64,000 nucleotides of DNA from an uncultured virus (IMG/VR IMGVR_UViG_3300020045_006345) (IMGVR_UViG_3300020045_006345); one strand, 5' to 3'; counted from the first letter of the stretch, positions 20,005-29,330 are shown. Notes: a model not told the origin generated them from the letters alone. Made by a program: numbers and translations.

Positions 20005-21687
20005 TCAAATCAAATCGTGATTATCCTCTTCCGAGAATTGCGCGTCAACCCGTTCTAACACCATATTGCCGCAATTAAAAATCCTAGTGTACCCATTACG
20101 TCCCATATTCTCTATCTCAGACAGTTCAGGATCAAAGTCCGGTAACCTATCTGCCAACTTGTGTTTCTGAAACATAAACCTTGAATACCTTACGTTATTC
20201 TTTACGTAATAGTACCCAGGGGGCGTTACCGAAATCTCTTTAAACCCTGCGATTTTGTACCCTTTACCGTTGAATAGCCTTAGATCGCAGTAGGTTCTAA
20301 GCTTCTTAAAACCCTTGGTTAGCTTAGATAGCCCCCCGATAATTTGAGTGTTTAGCAATGTGCAAAAACGAACAAGTTCTTGGGTATCGGAGTTGAAAAG
20401 ATGTTTGCGTTTCCCAAAAGAGGCCATCGCAACGATTTCTCCATCTAAGGTTAGTGCTCTGTGTAATTCGCAATTAGCGTATCCTTGAATGTGGTTTTCA
20501 TCATAAAACTTGCGAGCTACGCTTGCCGATACCAGTACCGTTATCGTTTTTCTGGCTGGGATTTTTCGTTCATACGTGCCTAATCTCGTTAACACTATCG
20601 ATTTTACGATGCTTTGTTTTGTCTGCCACTCATCTTCATAGACCTGAATAAGATCTAGCCCCCTAGCATTGCAAGCTTTTAACTTATCCGAATGGTAATG
20701 TTTCCCCACATGCAACTCATCGTGCCAATACGTACCATGCGCTTCTACCGCTAGATTATGCTTCGGAAAATAAAGATCTAACTCCGTGTACGTAGACAGG
20801 TCGTACCCTGGTTTTCTAACTAGATCCCCTTCAAGTTTTAAGCGATAGTTGTTCTCTGGAAGGTATGGGGCCAAGAAATCTTGTATCTCTTTCTCCCACT
20901 TAGACGAACTACCTGCCGCTGCGCACTTTCTACACCCAAAACCTTTCAAATGGCTTGACGCTTGCTGCGTAAACGAACCATGATCCGGGCAAACTATCTC
21001 TACTTGGCTGTTCGCTTTTTTGTAAGACTCTTCTGCGTAAGTGTATCTATCCGCGTGTACCGCGTTTGCTTCTTTGACAAATATCTCAAACGTTTTTGTA
21101 AGCTTTAATCTCTTCTCAATCTCTCCACACTTAGGGCACTCAGAACCCTGTAAGTGGTTTCCCCCAAGTTGCGTAAACTCTCCATGTTCAGGACAAATTA
21201 TCTTTATCAACCCGTTAGTTTTATCAAACGACTCTTCGACATACGTATATTTTCCGTCGTGAACGGCATTAGCTCTCACAACGAAATCTTTTACGTTACC
21301 TCGATTAGAAACTATTTTGTTTCCGCAGGTCGGGCATCCAGTTCCTGAAACATGCTGGTACGCGTTTTGCCAAAAGTCACCATGCTCCGCGCAGGTTATT
21401 CTAGTCTTATTTTGCGAACCAGAATATTCACCTCTATGGTACGTGTATCTGTCTCCGTGTTTAGCCAGGGCTTGCTTTTCAAAAACGTCAAATGTCTTTC
21501 TTACCTGAATTTTTGCACACAGTGGGCACCCTCTACCCTTCAGGTGATCCGCCGCCACTTGTAAAAACTCCCCGTGAATAGTGCAAACAATACGGACATG
21601 CGCTTTTATTTTAGAATACGACTCTTCCACATACGTGTACCTATCCCCGTGTTTATCCTTGGCTCGTAGCAAAAACTTACTAAACAT
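20005..21687 (-). CDS. Zn-ribbon repeat + endonuclease + Mom/GNAT-like protein, copy 2
   Basis: Paralogue of 15123-16775 (SKWEKEIQDFLAPY.PENNYRLKLEGD). Confidence 0.78.
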   Translation of the reverse strand: MFSKFLLRAKDKHGDRYTYVEESYSKIKAHVRIVCTIHGEFLQVAADHLKGRGCPLCAKIQVRKTFDVFEKQALAKHGDRYTYHRGEYSGSQNKTRITCAEHGDFWQNAYQHVSGTGCPTCGNKIVSNRGNVKDFVVRANAVHDGKYTYVEESFDKTNGLIKIICPEHGEFTQLGGNHLQGSECPKCGEIEKRLKLTKTFEIFVKEANAVHADRYTYAEESYKKANSQVEIVCPDHGSFTQQASSHLKGFGCRKCAAAGSSSKWEKEIQDFLAPYLPENNYRLKLEGDLVRKPGYDLSTYTELDLYFPKHNLAVEAHGTYWHDELHVGKHYHSDKLKACNARGLDLIQVYEDEWQTKQSIVKSIVLTRLGTYERKIPARKTITVLVSASVARKFYDENHIQGYANCELHRALTLDGEIVAMASFGKRKHLFNSDTQELVRFCTLLNTQIIGGLSKLTKGFKKLRTYCDLRLFNGKGYKIAGFKEISVTPPGYYYVKNNVRYSRFMFQKHKLADRLPDFDPELSEIENMGRNGYTRIFNCGNMVLERVDAQFSEEDNHDLI

Positions 21688-21694
21688 TCCTACC

Positions 21695-22258
21695 TCATAT
21701 TAAATCATGTTCTTCTCCCTCCGAGAATTGCGCGTCAACAGCTTCCTCGTAAGTCATTCTTGGTCGAAGCACTTTACCCTGCAGCTCCTTAACCAGTAAA
21801 GCCAGTGTGTCTGTTTGGGTCTGTTGTACCTGTTCGACCTTATCTGCCCATCCGTGGCGATTCTTCAAATCAAATATTAAACCCTGTGTATTCTTTCCGC
21901 CATCTAAAAGTAAAGAATTTTTATAGTCCTCCATCATGGTTTCAGCGGTCTCCAGTACCGGTGCGTAATCCTCATACTCCCGCTGGTACCGCTTTAACGC
22001 GTTCACCGAGGTAAAGCCTAGAGCCAACGAAAGTCCTGCCATAGTGGGGTGTTTCTTCTTCTTTTGGCAGCTCTCGAAATACAACTCAATAGCGTGGGCA
22101 AAGGCATCCGGGGAGGTGTACTTCTTTTGCTGGTTAGCTATCGGGAACAACATTTTGTGATGGGTCTTACTTTTTGGCGGCAACAAGCGTTCGCCCAGAA
22201 CCTCTTCCGGGGTAGTTTTGAACTGAGCTAAGTAATTTTCCCGATCAAAGTTTGACAT
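21695..22258 (-). CDS. terS: Terminase small subunit
   Basis: YFESC...PTMAGLSLALGF...GLIFDLKNRHGWADKVE, typical of DNA-packaging small subunits. Confidence 0.82.
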   Translation of the reverse strand: MSNFDRENYLAQFKTTPEEVLGERLLPPKSKTHHKMLFPIANQQKKYTSPDAFAHAIELYFESCQKKKKHPTMAGLSLALGFTSVNALKRYQREYEDYAPVLETAETMMEDYKNSLLLDGGKNTQGLIFDLKNRHGWADKVEQVQQTQTDTLALLVKELQGKVLRPRMTYEEAVDAQFSEGEEHDLI

Positions 22259-22508
22259 TAGAGAACTGGTACTCGTATTTAAGAGCTTCAATGGCTCCTA
22301 CAGTCTGAATGGTATTGTGGTACGCAGGCGCAAATTGCCAACCATCCAGCACGTCGTTTTGTGAAGTAACGCTTGTAAAAATCACACCTTGCAATTCCCC
22401 CGTCTTAGCGAGATCCAGTAAATTCTGTAAAGCATTGACCAGTGGTACGTGTGGGGCTGGTAACTGTGGTTCAGGTGTTGGCAGTTGGTAGAGTTTAGCC
22501 AGCTTCAT
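22245..22508 (-). CDS. Hypothetical protein
   Basis: 87-aa ORF. Confidence 0.6.
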   Translation of the reverse strand: MKLAKLYQLPTPEPQLPAPHVPLVNALQNLLDLAKTGELQGVIFTSVTSQNDVLDGWQFAPAYHNTIQTVGAIEALKYEYQFSNVKL

Positions 22509-22511
22509 AAA

Positions 22512-22730
22512 TTACAACCTGATACGCGCTACGGCTAACTCTAAGCCTAAGTTTAATAAAAATCCGGCGATATTTAGGCCAAGATCCTTAGCCTTGTCAA
22601 TAGCCTGCACACGTCGCTCTGGTCCGGTCAGGGTTGAGTCTTCCAGAATCTTTACAATGGCTTGGATCTGGCCCCATGGGCCAGAACCCAAGATAAAGGC
22701 TGAGAATCGATCAATAAGTAATTTTTTCAT
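22512..22730 (-). CDS. Hypothetical protein
   Basis: 72-aa ORF. Confidence 0.55.
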   Translation of the reverse strand: MKKLLIDRFSAFILGSGPWGQIQAIVKILEDSTLTGPERRVQAIDKAKDLGLNIAGFLLNLGLELAVARIRL

Positions 22731-22744
22731 TTGGGGTATTCCGA

Positions 22745-22933
22745 TTATGGTGTGTCACACGACACTCCGACCACGATAGTGTAGTACACTTTCGTGGTAG
22801 TGTCTCGCTCCGTTGACAGTCTACCGCTTGGGTGACAGACCAATAGTGGTGGTCGTAGCGGCGTGAGTGTACATGATGAATATAGAATACACAGCGTAGA
22901 CGCCACCAGCAACCGACTTAATAGTTTGCTCAT
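22745..22933 (-). CDS. Putative lipoprotein (possible o-spanin)
   Basis: Signal-like N-terminus with LYSSC lipobox, Pro-rich; overlaps the holin-like gene in another frame. Confidence 0.4.
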   Translation of the reverse strand: MSKLLSRLLVASTLCILYSSCTLTPLRPPLLVCHPSGRLSTERDTTTKVYYTIVVGVSCDTP

Positions 22934-23093
22934 CGACCTGATCCAGGTGCGGAATAAACGGGAATATAGCCGCCAACAATCCAGCGATTGCTGAAACCGC
23001 TACGGCTGACTTTTTCCATGTTGCCGAATCCGATAATTGTTCGCCGTAGTTTATAGCGTTACGGGCCGCCAGTATTTTTTTCCAAAAGGACAT
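22821..23093 (-). CDS. Putative holin (two TM helices)
   Basis: 90 aa, two hydrophobic segments, basic C-terminus. Confidence 0.55.
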   Translation of the reverse strand: MSFWKKILAARNAINYGEQLSDSATWKKSAVAVSAIAGLLAAIFPFIPHLDQVDEQTIKSVAGGVYAVYSIFIMYTHAATTTTIGLSPKR

Positions 23094-23109
23094 GTGCGTG
23101 TGTCTCCTG

Positions 23110-23520
23110 TTAGCAGTTTATGAATCTTTGAGCGCAATTCTGTACGCGTACCCTAAACTCCCTCGCCCACACCCAGTTACGGACATTACTTGGGTCGGTG
23201 TTAGGCTTAGCCTGCACTTCTATCAACTGATAATCCCCAGATGGCGTTCTGCGGGTTATGTCTATGCCTAATGTGGAGTAGTTTCGTACCGGATTGTTGG
23301 TCAGAGTGCTTGTCTGGTCATCAAACCACAACGCAGGCTGCGCTGGATCCTGGTTACCCGTCAGTAGCAGGATGTAGTTTCCTCTCTGATTAGGAAAGGT
23401 AACATAATCCCCTGGTACAAAAGTACGTGATTGTGCCTGCATAGAGGGGTCAAAACTCGACGCTAGTGTTGCGGCGAGGGGTAACGTAAGGGCTAGCGTA
23501 AATACGGCTAATTTCTGCAT
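23110..23520 (-). CDS. Secreted/periplasmic hypothetical protein
   Basis: N-terminal signal peptide MQKLAVFTLALTLPLAATLA. Confidence 0.6.
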   Translation of the reverse strand: MQKLAVFTLALTLPLAATLASSFDPSMQAQSRTFVPGDYVTFPNQRGNYILLLTGNQDPAQPALWFDDQTSTLTNNPVRNYSTLGIDITRRTPSGDYQLIEVQAKPNTDPSNVRNWVWAREFRVRVQNCAQRFINC

Positions 23521-23771
23521 GGGCTTGGGCTAAATTGGGTTGTATTGGGTAAACATATCGGTGTAGCAGACCGAATATTACAGACAGTATTGTTACAAAT
23601 CAAGACGGCCTCATAGAACCGGGGTGCCGCGTCAAGGGCGCTGACTTGCAATACTGGCAGATATAAAGTACTGGTTTGAATATCGTAATTGGGTGTAGTC
23701 GGTGTGGGTGCGGCTGTTGCTGTCGCAACGAGTGTAAAAGATAACGCGAAGGTCGAGGCTATGGTCTTCAT
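23508..23771 (-). CDS. Secreted Cys-containing hypothetical protein
   Basis: Signal peptide MKTIASTFALSFTLVATATA; ACTGGAGA-like RBS. Confidence 0.6.
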   Translation of the reverse strand: MKTIASTFALSFTLVATATAAPTPTTPNYDIQTSTLYLPVLQVSALDAAPRFYEAVLICNNTVCNIRSATPICLPNTTQFSPSPCRN

Positions 23772-23814
23772 CAGAGAGTCTCCAGATTATGGGTTGAGTC
23801 TGGAGTATATCACA

Positions 23815-23846
23815 GTCGATATTTAGTCGATATTTAGTCGATATTG
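23815..23846. repeat. 11-bp tandem repeat AGTCGATATTT, about 3 copies
   Basis: Seen directly in the intergenic sequence. Confidence 0.85.
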
Positions 23847-23940
23847 CCTACGGAAGTGGCAACTGGAGGGAAACACAACCGTAGGACTTATGTTGTGACA
23901 GTAAGAGTCACAGCCATAGTGTATTACAGTTCATTGCGGT

Positions 23941-24618
23941 TTACAACTCTAGCTTTTGCGGTCTTGAAAACTTAACCTGGGTACCGCACTTCTGGCATTT
24001 GTACGGTTCTCCGCGATGTTGGTCTCTACTCAAGAACGCCATTGCTGCAGCGAATAGATTTTGCTGCTTTTGGTTTCCGCCGGGGACATCGTTTTTGTAT
24101 TCCTTCACGATAATGTGGGCGCAAGCGGCAAACGTTTTTTGCATGCTATGGCTTCCGTTGCTGTGGTCTTCAGGATGATCTATCGCGTACTGGATTTTGT
24201 GTGCCACATAGTCTGTGGTGAAATATTCGTTCGTATCCGCCACGATTTTAGTAAGTTGGGCAAATTGCTCTGGGGAGAATCGTGCTTGGTCTACATAGGC
24301 TCCGGTGTGGTAAACAGAAGGTAAGACTTCCTCACACACCCAATCGCTAAAAACTTCGGCTTTCGGCTGTCTTGATCTTGTCAGCAACTTGAACAAACCT
24401 TCAAGACTTATGTACTTAATCTCTTTAGCTCCGGTTTTTGTTTCTGTCGAGATTATGCTCGTGTACTTTTCAGGAACATATTCCTGAATAGCTTTATCCG
24501 GTTTTGCGTAGTCCAAAGATTCTGCAACGTCGTTTGCAACGAACCACTTTCTGTTTTGGTCGTCGGTTACGGTTCTTACTTGATGGTTTTCAAAATTTAG
24601 GATTGCTAGGTGGTTCAT
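23941..24618 (-). CDS. BRO-N domain antirepressor-like protein
   Basis: FENHQVRTV...WFVANDVAESLDY...ISLEGLFKLLTRSRQPKAEVFSDWVCEEVLPS. Confidence 0.88.
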   Translation of the reverse strand: MNHLAILNFENHQVRTVTDDQNRKWFVANDVAESLDYAKPDKAIQEYVPEKYTSIISTETKTGAKEIKYISLEGLFKLLTRSRQPKAEVFSDWVCEEVLPSVYHTGAYVDQARFSPEQFAQLTKIVADTNEYFTTDYVAHKIQYAIDHPEDHSNGSHSMQKTFAACAHIIVKEYKNDVPGGNQKQQNLFAAAMAFLSRDQHRGEPYKCQKCGTQVKFSRPQKLEL

Positions 24619-24631
24619 TTTCAGTACCTCA

Positions 24632-24742
24632 TAAAAAAGAAAACCCCAGGTACCTCGGAGGGACAGCTCTTTGGTAGATGGGGTTAACTAATAACACTGA
24701 GGGTTATCCGGTTTAATGTCTGTCCACAGTACACCGGATAAC
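24632..24742 (-). promoter_or_regulatory. Structured leader of the BRO gene: hairpin with GGACAG loop and terminator-like hairpin with CTGTCC loop
   Basis: Stems GTTATCCGGT/ACCGGATAAC and AACCCCA/TGGGGTT followed by TTCTTTTTT on the minus strand; TTGACA at 24794-24799 (minus). Confidence 0.55.
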
Positions 24743-24919
24743 TCTGAAGCAAAAACTTCAGGATGGGGTTATCTTACTTTTTGCTCAGGAGGGTGTCAAG
24801 CAACTTTTTAAAATTTTCTAAAAAATATTTTTTGAAAGCAAATTGGTTTCTTTAAAGCAAATTGGTTTCAAAAAATACAGATGCTTCGGTTTGAAGCATG
24901 TGTTTTTATTTGTGCGAGG

Positions 24920-24954
24920 TGCTAACCCCCCCCCAAGTTGGGGGGGGGTTAGCA
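24920..24954. repeat. Perfect 17-bp-arm palindrome TGCTAA-C9-AA-G-TT-G9-TTAGCA
   Basis: Seen directly; a second G8/C8 hairpin lies at 24975-25002. Confidence 0.95.
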
Positions 24955-25360
24955 GATGACACGGGAAAAAGCAAGGGGGGGGCTAGTCAATTAGCCCCCC
25001 CCGCTATCAGATGCTTCGGGTTTGTATCAGATGACACGCTTTAAAGCAGAATGTTTAGTGAAAAATTGTCAAAATTTTCAAAATTTTTATTGGGATATGG
25101 CATGGGGTAGTCGCTGTGAGAGCCCGGGTTGAAAGGGGTGGTAGCCCCTTTTAGCCCTGGCACGAACAATCCAAAACGTGCGTAGCGCAGCTAGCACACC
25201 TCTGTCTGAGCCGTCAGGCGAGTTCAACTGGCTGCGAAGCTCTTTATCCCTAGCGAGCTAGCGAGCAAATCTATACGCATGGGCGAACGCGAAGCGAAGC
25301 CCATTCACTACTAATTTTTCCTTATAAATCAAGCACTTACAAACATCTAACCCCTAAATA

Positions 25361-25388
25361 ATTTAACATAATGTACGTTATGCGAAGA
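25361..25388 (-). other. dif: dif-like XerC/XerD recombination site
   Basis: Minus strand reads TCTTCGCATAA-CGTACA-TTATGTTAAAT: perfect XerD arm, 6-bp spacer, XerC-like arm. Confidence 0.85.
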
Positions 25389-26373
25389 TGTATTTGGAAT
25401 ACATCTTTAAGCTTTTTGATTCTAAGCTACTGATTTATAAGGGTTATAAAATAGGAGGCTTGTTGTCGGGTACTTTTCTATGCCGGTAACGGGGTGCTGA
25501 TAACAGTGGGGACCTAGCTTTCAGCTTTGCCCTTTTTTCGTACATTATAACCCTTTGATTCTTAGGTGGTTTTGGCTTCATTTGTAATTTACCAAAATGG
25601 TTTACCGGAGAAAACCTATAGAAAACAATAGCATAGAGCGGAAGCGCTAAGCTATCTATCGTAAATACATGATTTATAAGATATTTATGCTTGCGACTGA
25701 GACTTGCTGTTAGGTAATTTTCTAACGGTTTTTTATGAGGGGACACCACCGCACAAATCGAAAATCCCTTATATTTCAATCGGATAAGCTTACTTTTGAA
25801 AGAAAAATTCATTTTTAAAACACCCTTTTTAGAGTATAAAATTACAACAACTATACTGTATCGACCCGATACTATCCAGCGAAAACGCAGAACTCAGGCG
25901 TGGCGCGGGCTGTCCACCCGTCCACCCCCCTACCACCTACCCTGGCATACTTTAGACCCGCGCTATCACTGCACCGTCCACCCCTACCACCCCCCACTAT
26001 ATATACTTTTTATAATAATAATAATAATAATCTATATAGAATATATAGAGATACAGCCCCCCTAGACCCCCAAACATACCTACCTAAATTTTTTTTACTT
26101 TTCCAGAATTCCAAAAACCCCCGGCATGGGTGGTAGGGCAAACCAAACCCGCGCCACCACTGCCCCCGACGCTATACCAGCCGTTTACACCCACCCCTGA
26201 CCCCCCTGGACACGAAAACGTCCAAACCCGCGCCACTACTACACCAAACGCGAACCAACCTAAAAACACCACCCCCGACCCCTGGACACCAAAAAACGTA
26301 CCCTTTCGCTGAATTTTGCCTAAACCAGCACCGCAGCACATGACACAAAACAGAGCATAAAAAATATTAAATA

Positions 26374-26407
26374 GCACTTGACACGCCACATGCTTTATGT
26401 TTATAAT
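26374..26407 (+). promoter_or_regulatory. Sigma70-type early promoter
   Basis: GCAC-TTGACA-CG, 18-nt spacer, TATAAT. Confidence 0.75.
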
Positions 26408-26454
26408 AACCCATGTTTTAAATGTTCAACCCATACCCTAAAAAGGAAAACGTC

Positions 26455-26719
26455 ATGAAAACCACAGCACCAACCCCCGCACCTCTAAAAATTTTTGACT
26501 GGATATCTGTTAGAAAATTGGGAAAATTCGATATCGCTAACCGCTTTACTGCTACACACCCCGCCGCGATTGAATACATCACACAAAACGGTTATAGACA
26601 GCCGTCACGCACATGGCCCTTCAGCCATGCCAAGCCGCTGTTTAACTAAAAAATTCGCGAAATGGTTAGCCGCTAACCATCCAGAAACCTACGCCGCACT
26701 CTTGGAGCGTCAACAATGA
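26455..26719 (+). pseudogene. First early gene, apparently split by a frameshift near 26641
   Basis: MKTTAP...PSRTWPFSHAKPL continues plausibly as LTKKFAKWLAANHPETY in another frame. Confidence 0.45.
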
Positions 26720-27010
26720 TCCTTACACTAATCTATAACCCAACCCTGGAAATCTGGTTTGCTACCGTTTATGATGCAGCAACCAACACAATCCTCCACG
26801 CAAGCGCAGCGAGCCGTACCGCTGCCGCCCTTGCAGCCATGAAAGGAGCCTAAACCATGAACAAAATACTATTTTTTGTAGTAACCACACCGAGCGGTTA
26901 CCACTTAACGCTTGACCAAAAAGCAATAGTTGCTTTTTTAGCTGAGAACCACATTAAAACCACAGCCGACGCGCAGCGCCTAGGCTATACAATCGCGGGA
27001 GCATAAGCCC

Positions 27011-27523
27011 ATGAACACTGAATTAATAGAAATTTGGTCCGGGTACGTTAGCACACACCTAGCGCCCGCGATCCTCAACGACGACCGCAGCGTAATAACC
27101 ACAGCGGAAGCTTCTGCCCTGGATGAATTCGAGGCCGCGCTTATCGCGGAATACTCCCAGATTACCTGGGAGCAAACCGAAACCCCGCCCGAGCTGCACA
27201 AATGCGTAGTTCTGGACACAGTCACAGAGTGCTATTTTTATCGCATACACGCGCCACACTTTAGGATATTAAGCGTTGACGCTTGGCGCGATAGTGACGG
27301 CTGGACATATAACAATTGGTGGACAGTAGGACACGCGCCCTTATCCGTAACAACGTGGAGCAACCGCCGTATTTTAAAATTTATGCGCGATAATTACTAT
27401 TTGAGCGATGGCTCAAAGGGGAAAATCCACGTTGCTGGTTGGCGTGAGACACAATACAACATAGAAATTCAGGAGCGCAGCAATTACCGCCCTTTATACG
27501 CTATCGAAATAGGGAGCTATTAA
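27011..27523 (+). CDS. Hypothetical early protein
   Basis: 170-aa ORF with GGAG RBS. Confidence 0.65.
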   Translation: MNTELIEIWSGYVSTHLAPAILNDDRSVITTAEASALDEFEAALIAEYSQITWEQTETPPELHKCVVLDTVTECYFYRIHAPHFRILSVDAWRDSDGWTYNNWWTVGHAPLSVTTWSNRRILKFMRDNYYLSDGSKGKIHVAGWRETQYNIEIQERSNYRPLYAIEIGSY

Positions 27524-27905
27524 AATGAGCATTAAAGAATTAAAAGAACTATTAAAAAAGCATGATGTATGTTTAGGGGTTGACATCGACGGCGACACCC
27601 ACGGCATAAGCGCCAAATTTATAGTCGAAGACCGCAAGACACAAAAAGAAACGGTATTAGTAAATTTTTCAGCCTATATAGGGCGCTAAGATTTATAACA
27701 TTAATGTGAATAGTTATACTATCGGCTCAAAACATATCCTAAACGGAGCACAGACCATGACCACATACCGAAATTTTAAAAGCGGTTTCTATACCGCAGT
27801 ATTACAAACCAATCGCGGCACATTTACCACCCACGGACACAAAACCCGCGACGCTGCAGCAGCAACAGCCATGGAACTATTCCATATAGCTGGAGGACTT
27901 TAGCA

Positions 27906-28481
27906 ATGACAACATATGCACCTCAAAACCTCAAAGCCCGGCTAACGCTTTATCGCGCAAACGCGGAGCGGTACGCAAAAACTAACCCGGCTATGCTGCA
28001 CACGGCATTGAACAGCCGCTACCCGCGCCCTGCCATACTCGCACCGCGCCACACAGCGCAGCGCGATATATCAGATCAAAAAAACATCTATATTGGTGAT
28101 CTGGACGCATTCAATTTTCAATACGCGCGCGACATTAACCACAAATTAAATCGCGGTTATTACGTAGACTGCTATCAGGATGGCATTGTACGTGCCGCCG
28201 TTATTCAAATACGAACTAATAAACACGACGTTGATAAACGGCGATATTTAGCCGCTACAGCTTCCAGCTTCACCGATTCGGCGACAGTTTACACGCGTCA
28301 TGTATACGACGACCCCCGCGACGCGGCACGGGCAGCAGACGTAGAAGCGGAAGCGGAAGCCGACAGAGCGCGAGAGGCTTGGCTAGAAGATGAAGTGGAC
28401 TACTTAACGCACGAACGCCGCGACATCCTAAAGCGCATAGAACGCCTTAAAAACGACCCTTATCAACTTTTTGACTGGTAG
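27906..28481 (+). CDS. Hypothetical early protein
   Basis: 191-aa ORF with GGAGG RBS. Confidence 0.7.
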   Translation: MTTYAPQNLKARLTLYRANAERYAKTNPAMLHTALNSRYPRPAILAPRHTAQRDISDQKNIYIGDLDAFNFQYARDINHKLNRGYYVDCYQDGIVRAAVIQIRTNKHDVDKRRYLAATASSFTDSATVYTRHVYDDPRDAARAADVEAEAEADRAREAWLEDEVDYLTHERRDILKRIERLKNDPYQLFDW

Positions 28482-28489
28482 AAAAAATT

Positions 28490-28738
28490 ATGAAAACGTA
28501 CACAAAAACGCTGACCGTAGCAGAGTTCTCACAAGTGCTAGTACTGAGAATAGAGGACGGCTATACTCAAATAAAATATGGAGCTAGCACGAGTGTGCTA
28601 CTGACACCCGATAAACTACAGGGCGAGATAGTGAAAATTGAATCAGCTGTAATCCGAGATTTGACCGAGAGAAACAACAGGCAAATTGCCGCCGAGTTTA
28701 TCGCAGCGGCTAACGCGTACACACTAGAGAATCAATAA
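28490..28738 (+). CDS. Hypothetical early protein
   Basis: 82-aa ORF in a tight operon. Confidence 0.6.
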   Translation: MKTYTKTLTVAEFSQVLVLRIEDGYTQIKYGASTSVLLTPDKLQGEIVKIESAVIRDLTERNNRQIAAEFIAAANAYTLENQ

Positions 28739-28740
28739 CC

Positions 28741-29106
28741 ATGAACACGCAACAAAAAACCCAGATGCACAAACAAATCGCGGAGCACGGCGAACAGCTC
28801 AAAACTGTTTTAAATTTACCCGCTAACGTAGACCCCGTAAAACTCTGCAAGAGTTTACGGATTATAGAACGTAAGCTAAATAAAGCCTATGGAGATTACT
28901 GTAATTTACCCAACGCAGACCCCGAACGTGTCGAAGAAAACCAGCGTAAAAACCTAATAAAACTACTTGGTGAAGGTGCAAACCGCGTATTTTTCAACCG
29001 AGACCCGCGCGGGTACAGTCTAAAAATTAATTTAACCCCCGCTGAAGCATTATACCGGGATTGGGGTGGTTATGGCATCATAGCCCCTGACCTTACACCA
29101 AACTAA
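28741..29106 (+). CDS. Hypothetical early protein
   Basis: 121 aa with FNRDPRGYSLKI motif. Confidence 0.7.
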   Translation: MNTQQKTQMHKQIAEHGEQLKTVLNLPANVDPVKLCKSLRIIERKLNKAYGDYCNLPNADPERVEENQRKNLIKLLGEGANRVFFNRDPRGYSLKINLTPAEALYRDWGGYGIIAPDLTPN

Positions 29107-29136
29107 CTAAAAACCATAACTTAAAAGGTAAAAAAA

Positions 29137-29295
29137 ATGAAACATTTAATGTTGTTAGGACATTTAAAAAAGGAGTTGCGATTTAATAGAAAAAAATTAA
29201 AAGACTTTAGAAAATGCAACGAGATTAAAAAACGCGTAGAAGCTACAGCTAAATATTGTTTATATTTACGTGCGTTTATACGCACACTTCAATAA
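29137..29295 (+). CDS. Small basic hypothetical protein between 28-bp direct repeats
   Basis: 52-aa ORF translated by hand (MKHLMLLGHLKKELRF...). Confidence 0.45.
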   Translation: MKHLMLLGHLKKELRFNRKKLKDFRKCNEIKKRVEATAKYCLYLRAFIRTLQ

Positions 29296-29330
29296 TTAGG
29301 TAAAAACCATAACTTAAAAGGTAAAAAATC

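Noticed and set aside
25444..26389. ORFs in the low-complexity switch region
   Set aside because: No RBS, biased composition and mutually overlapping frames; likely non-coding.
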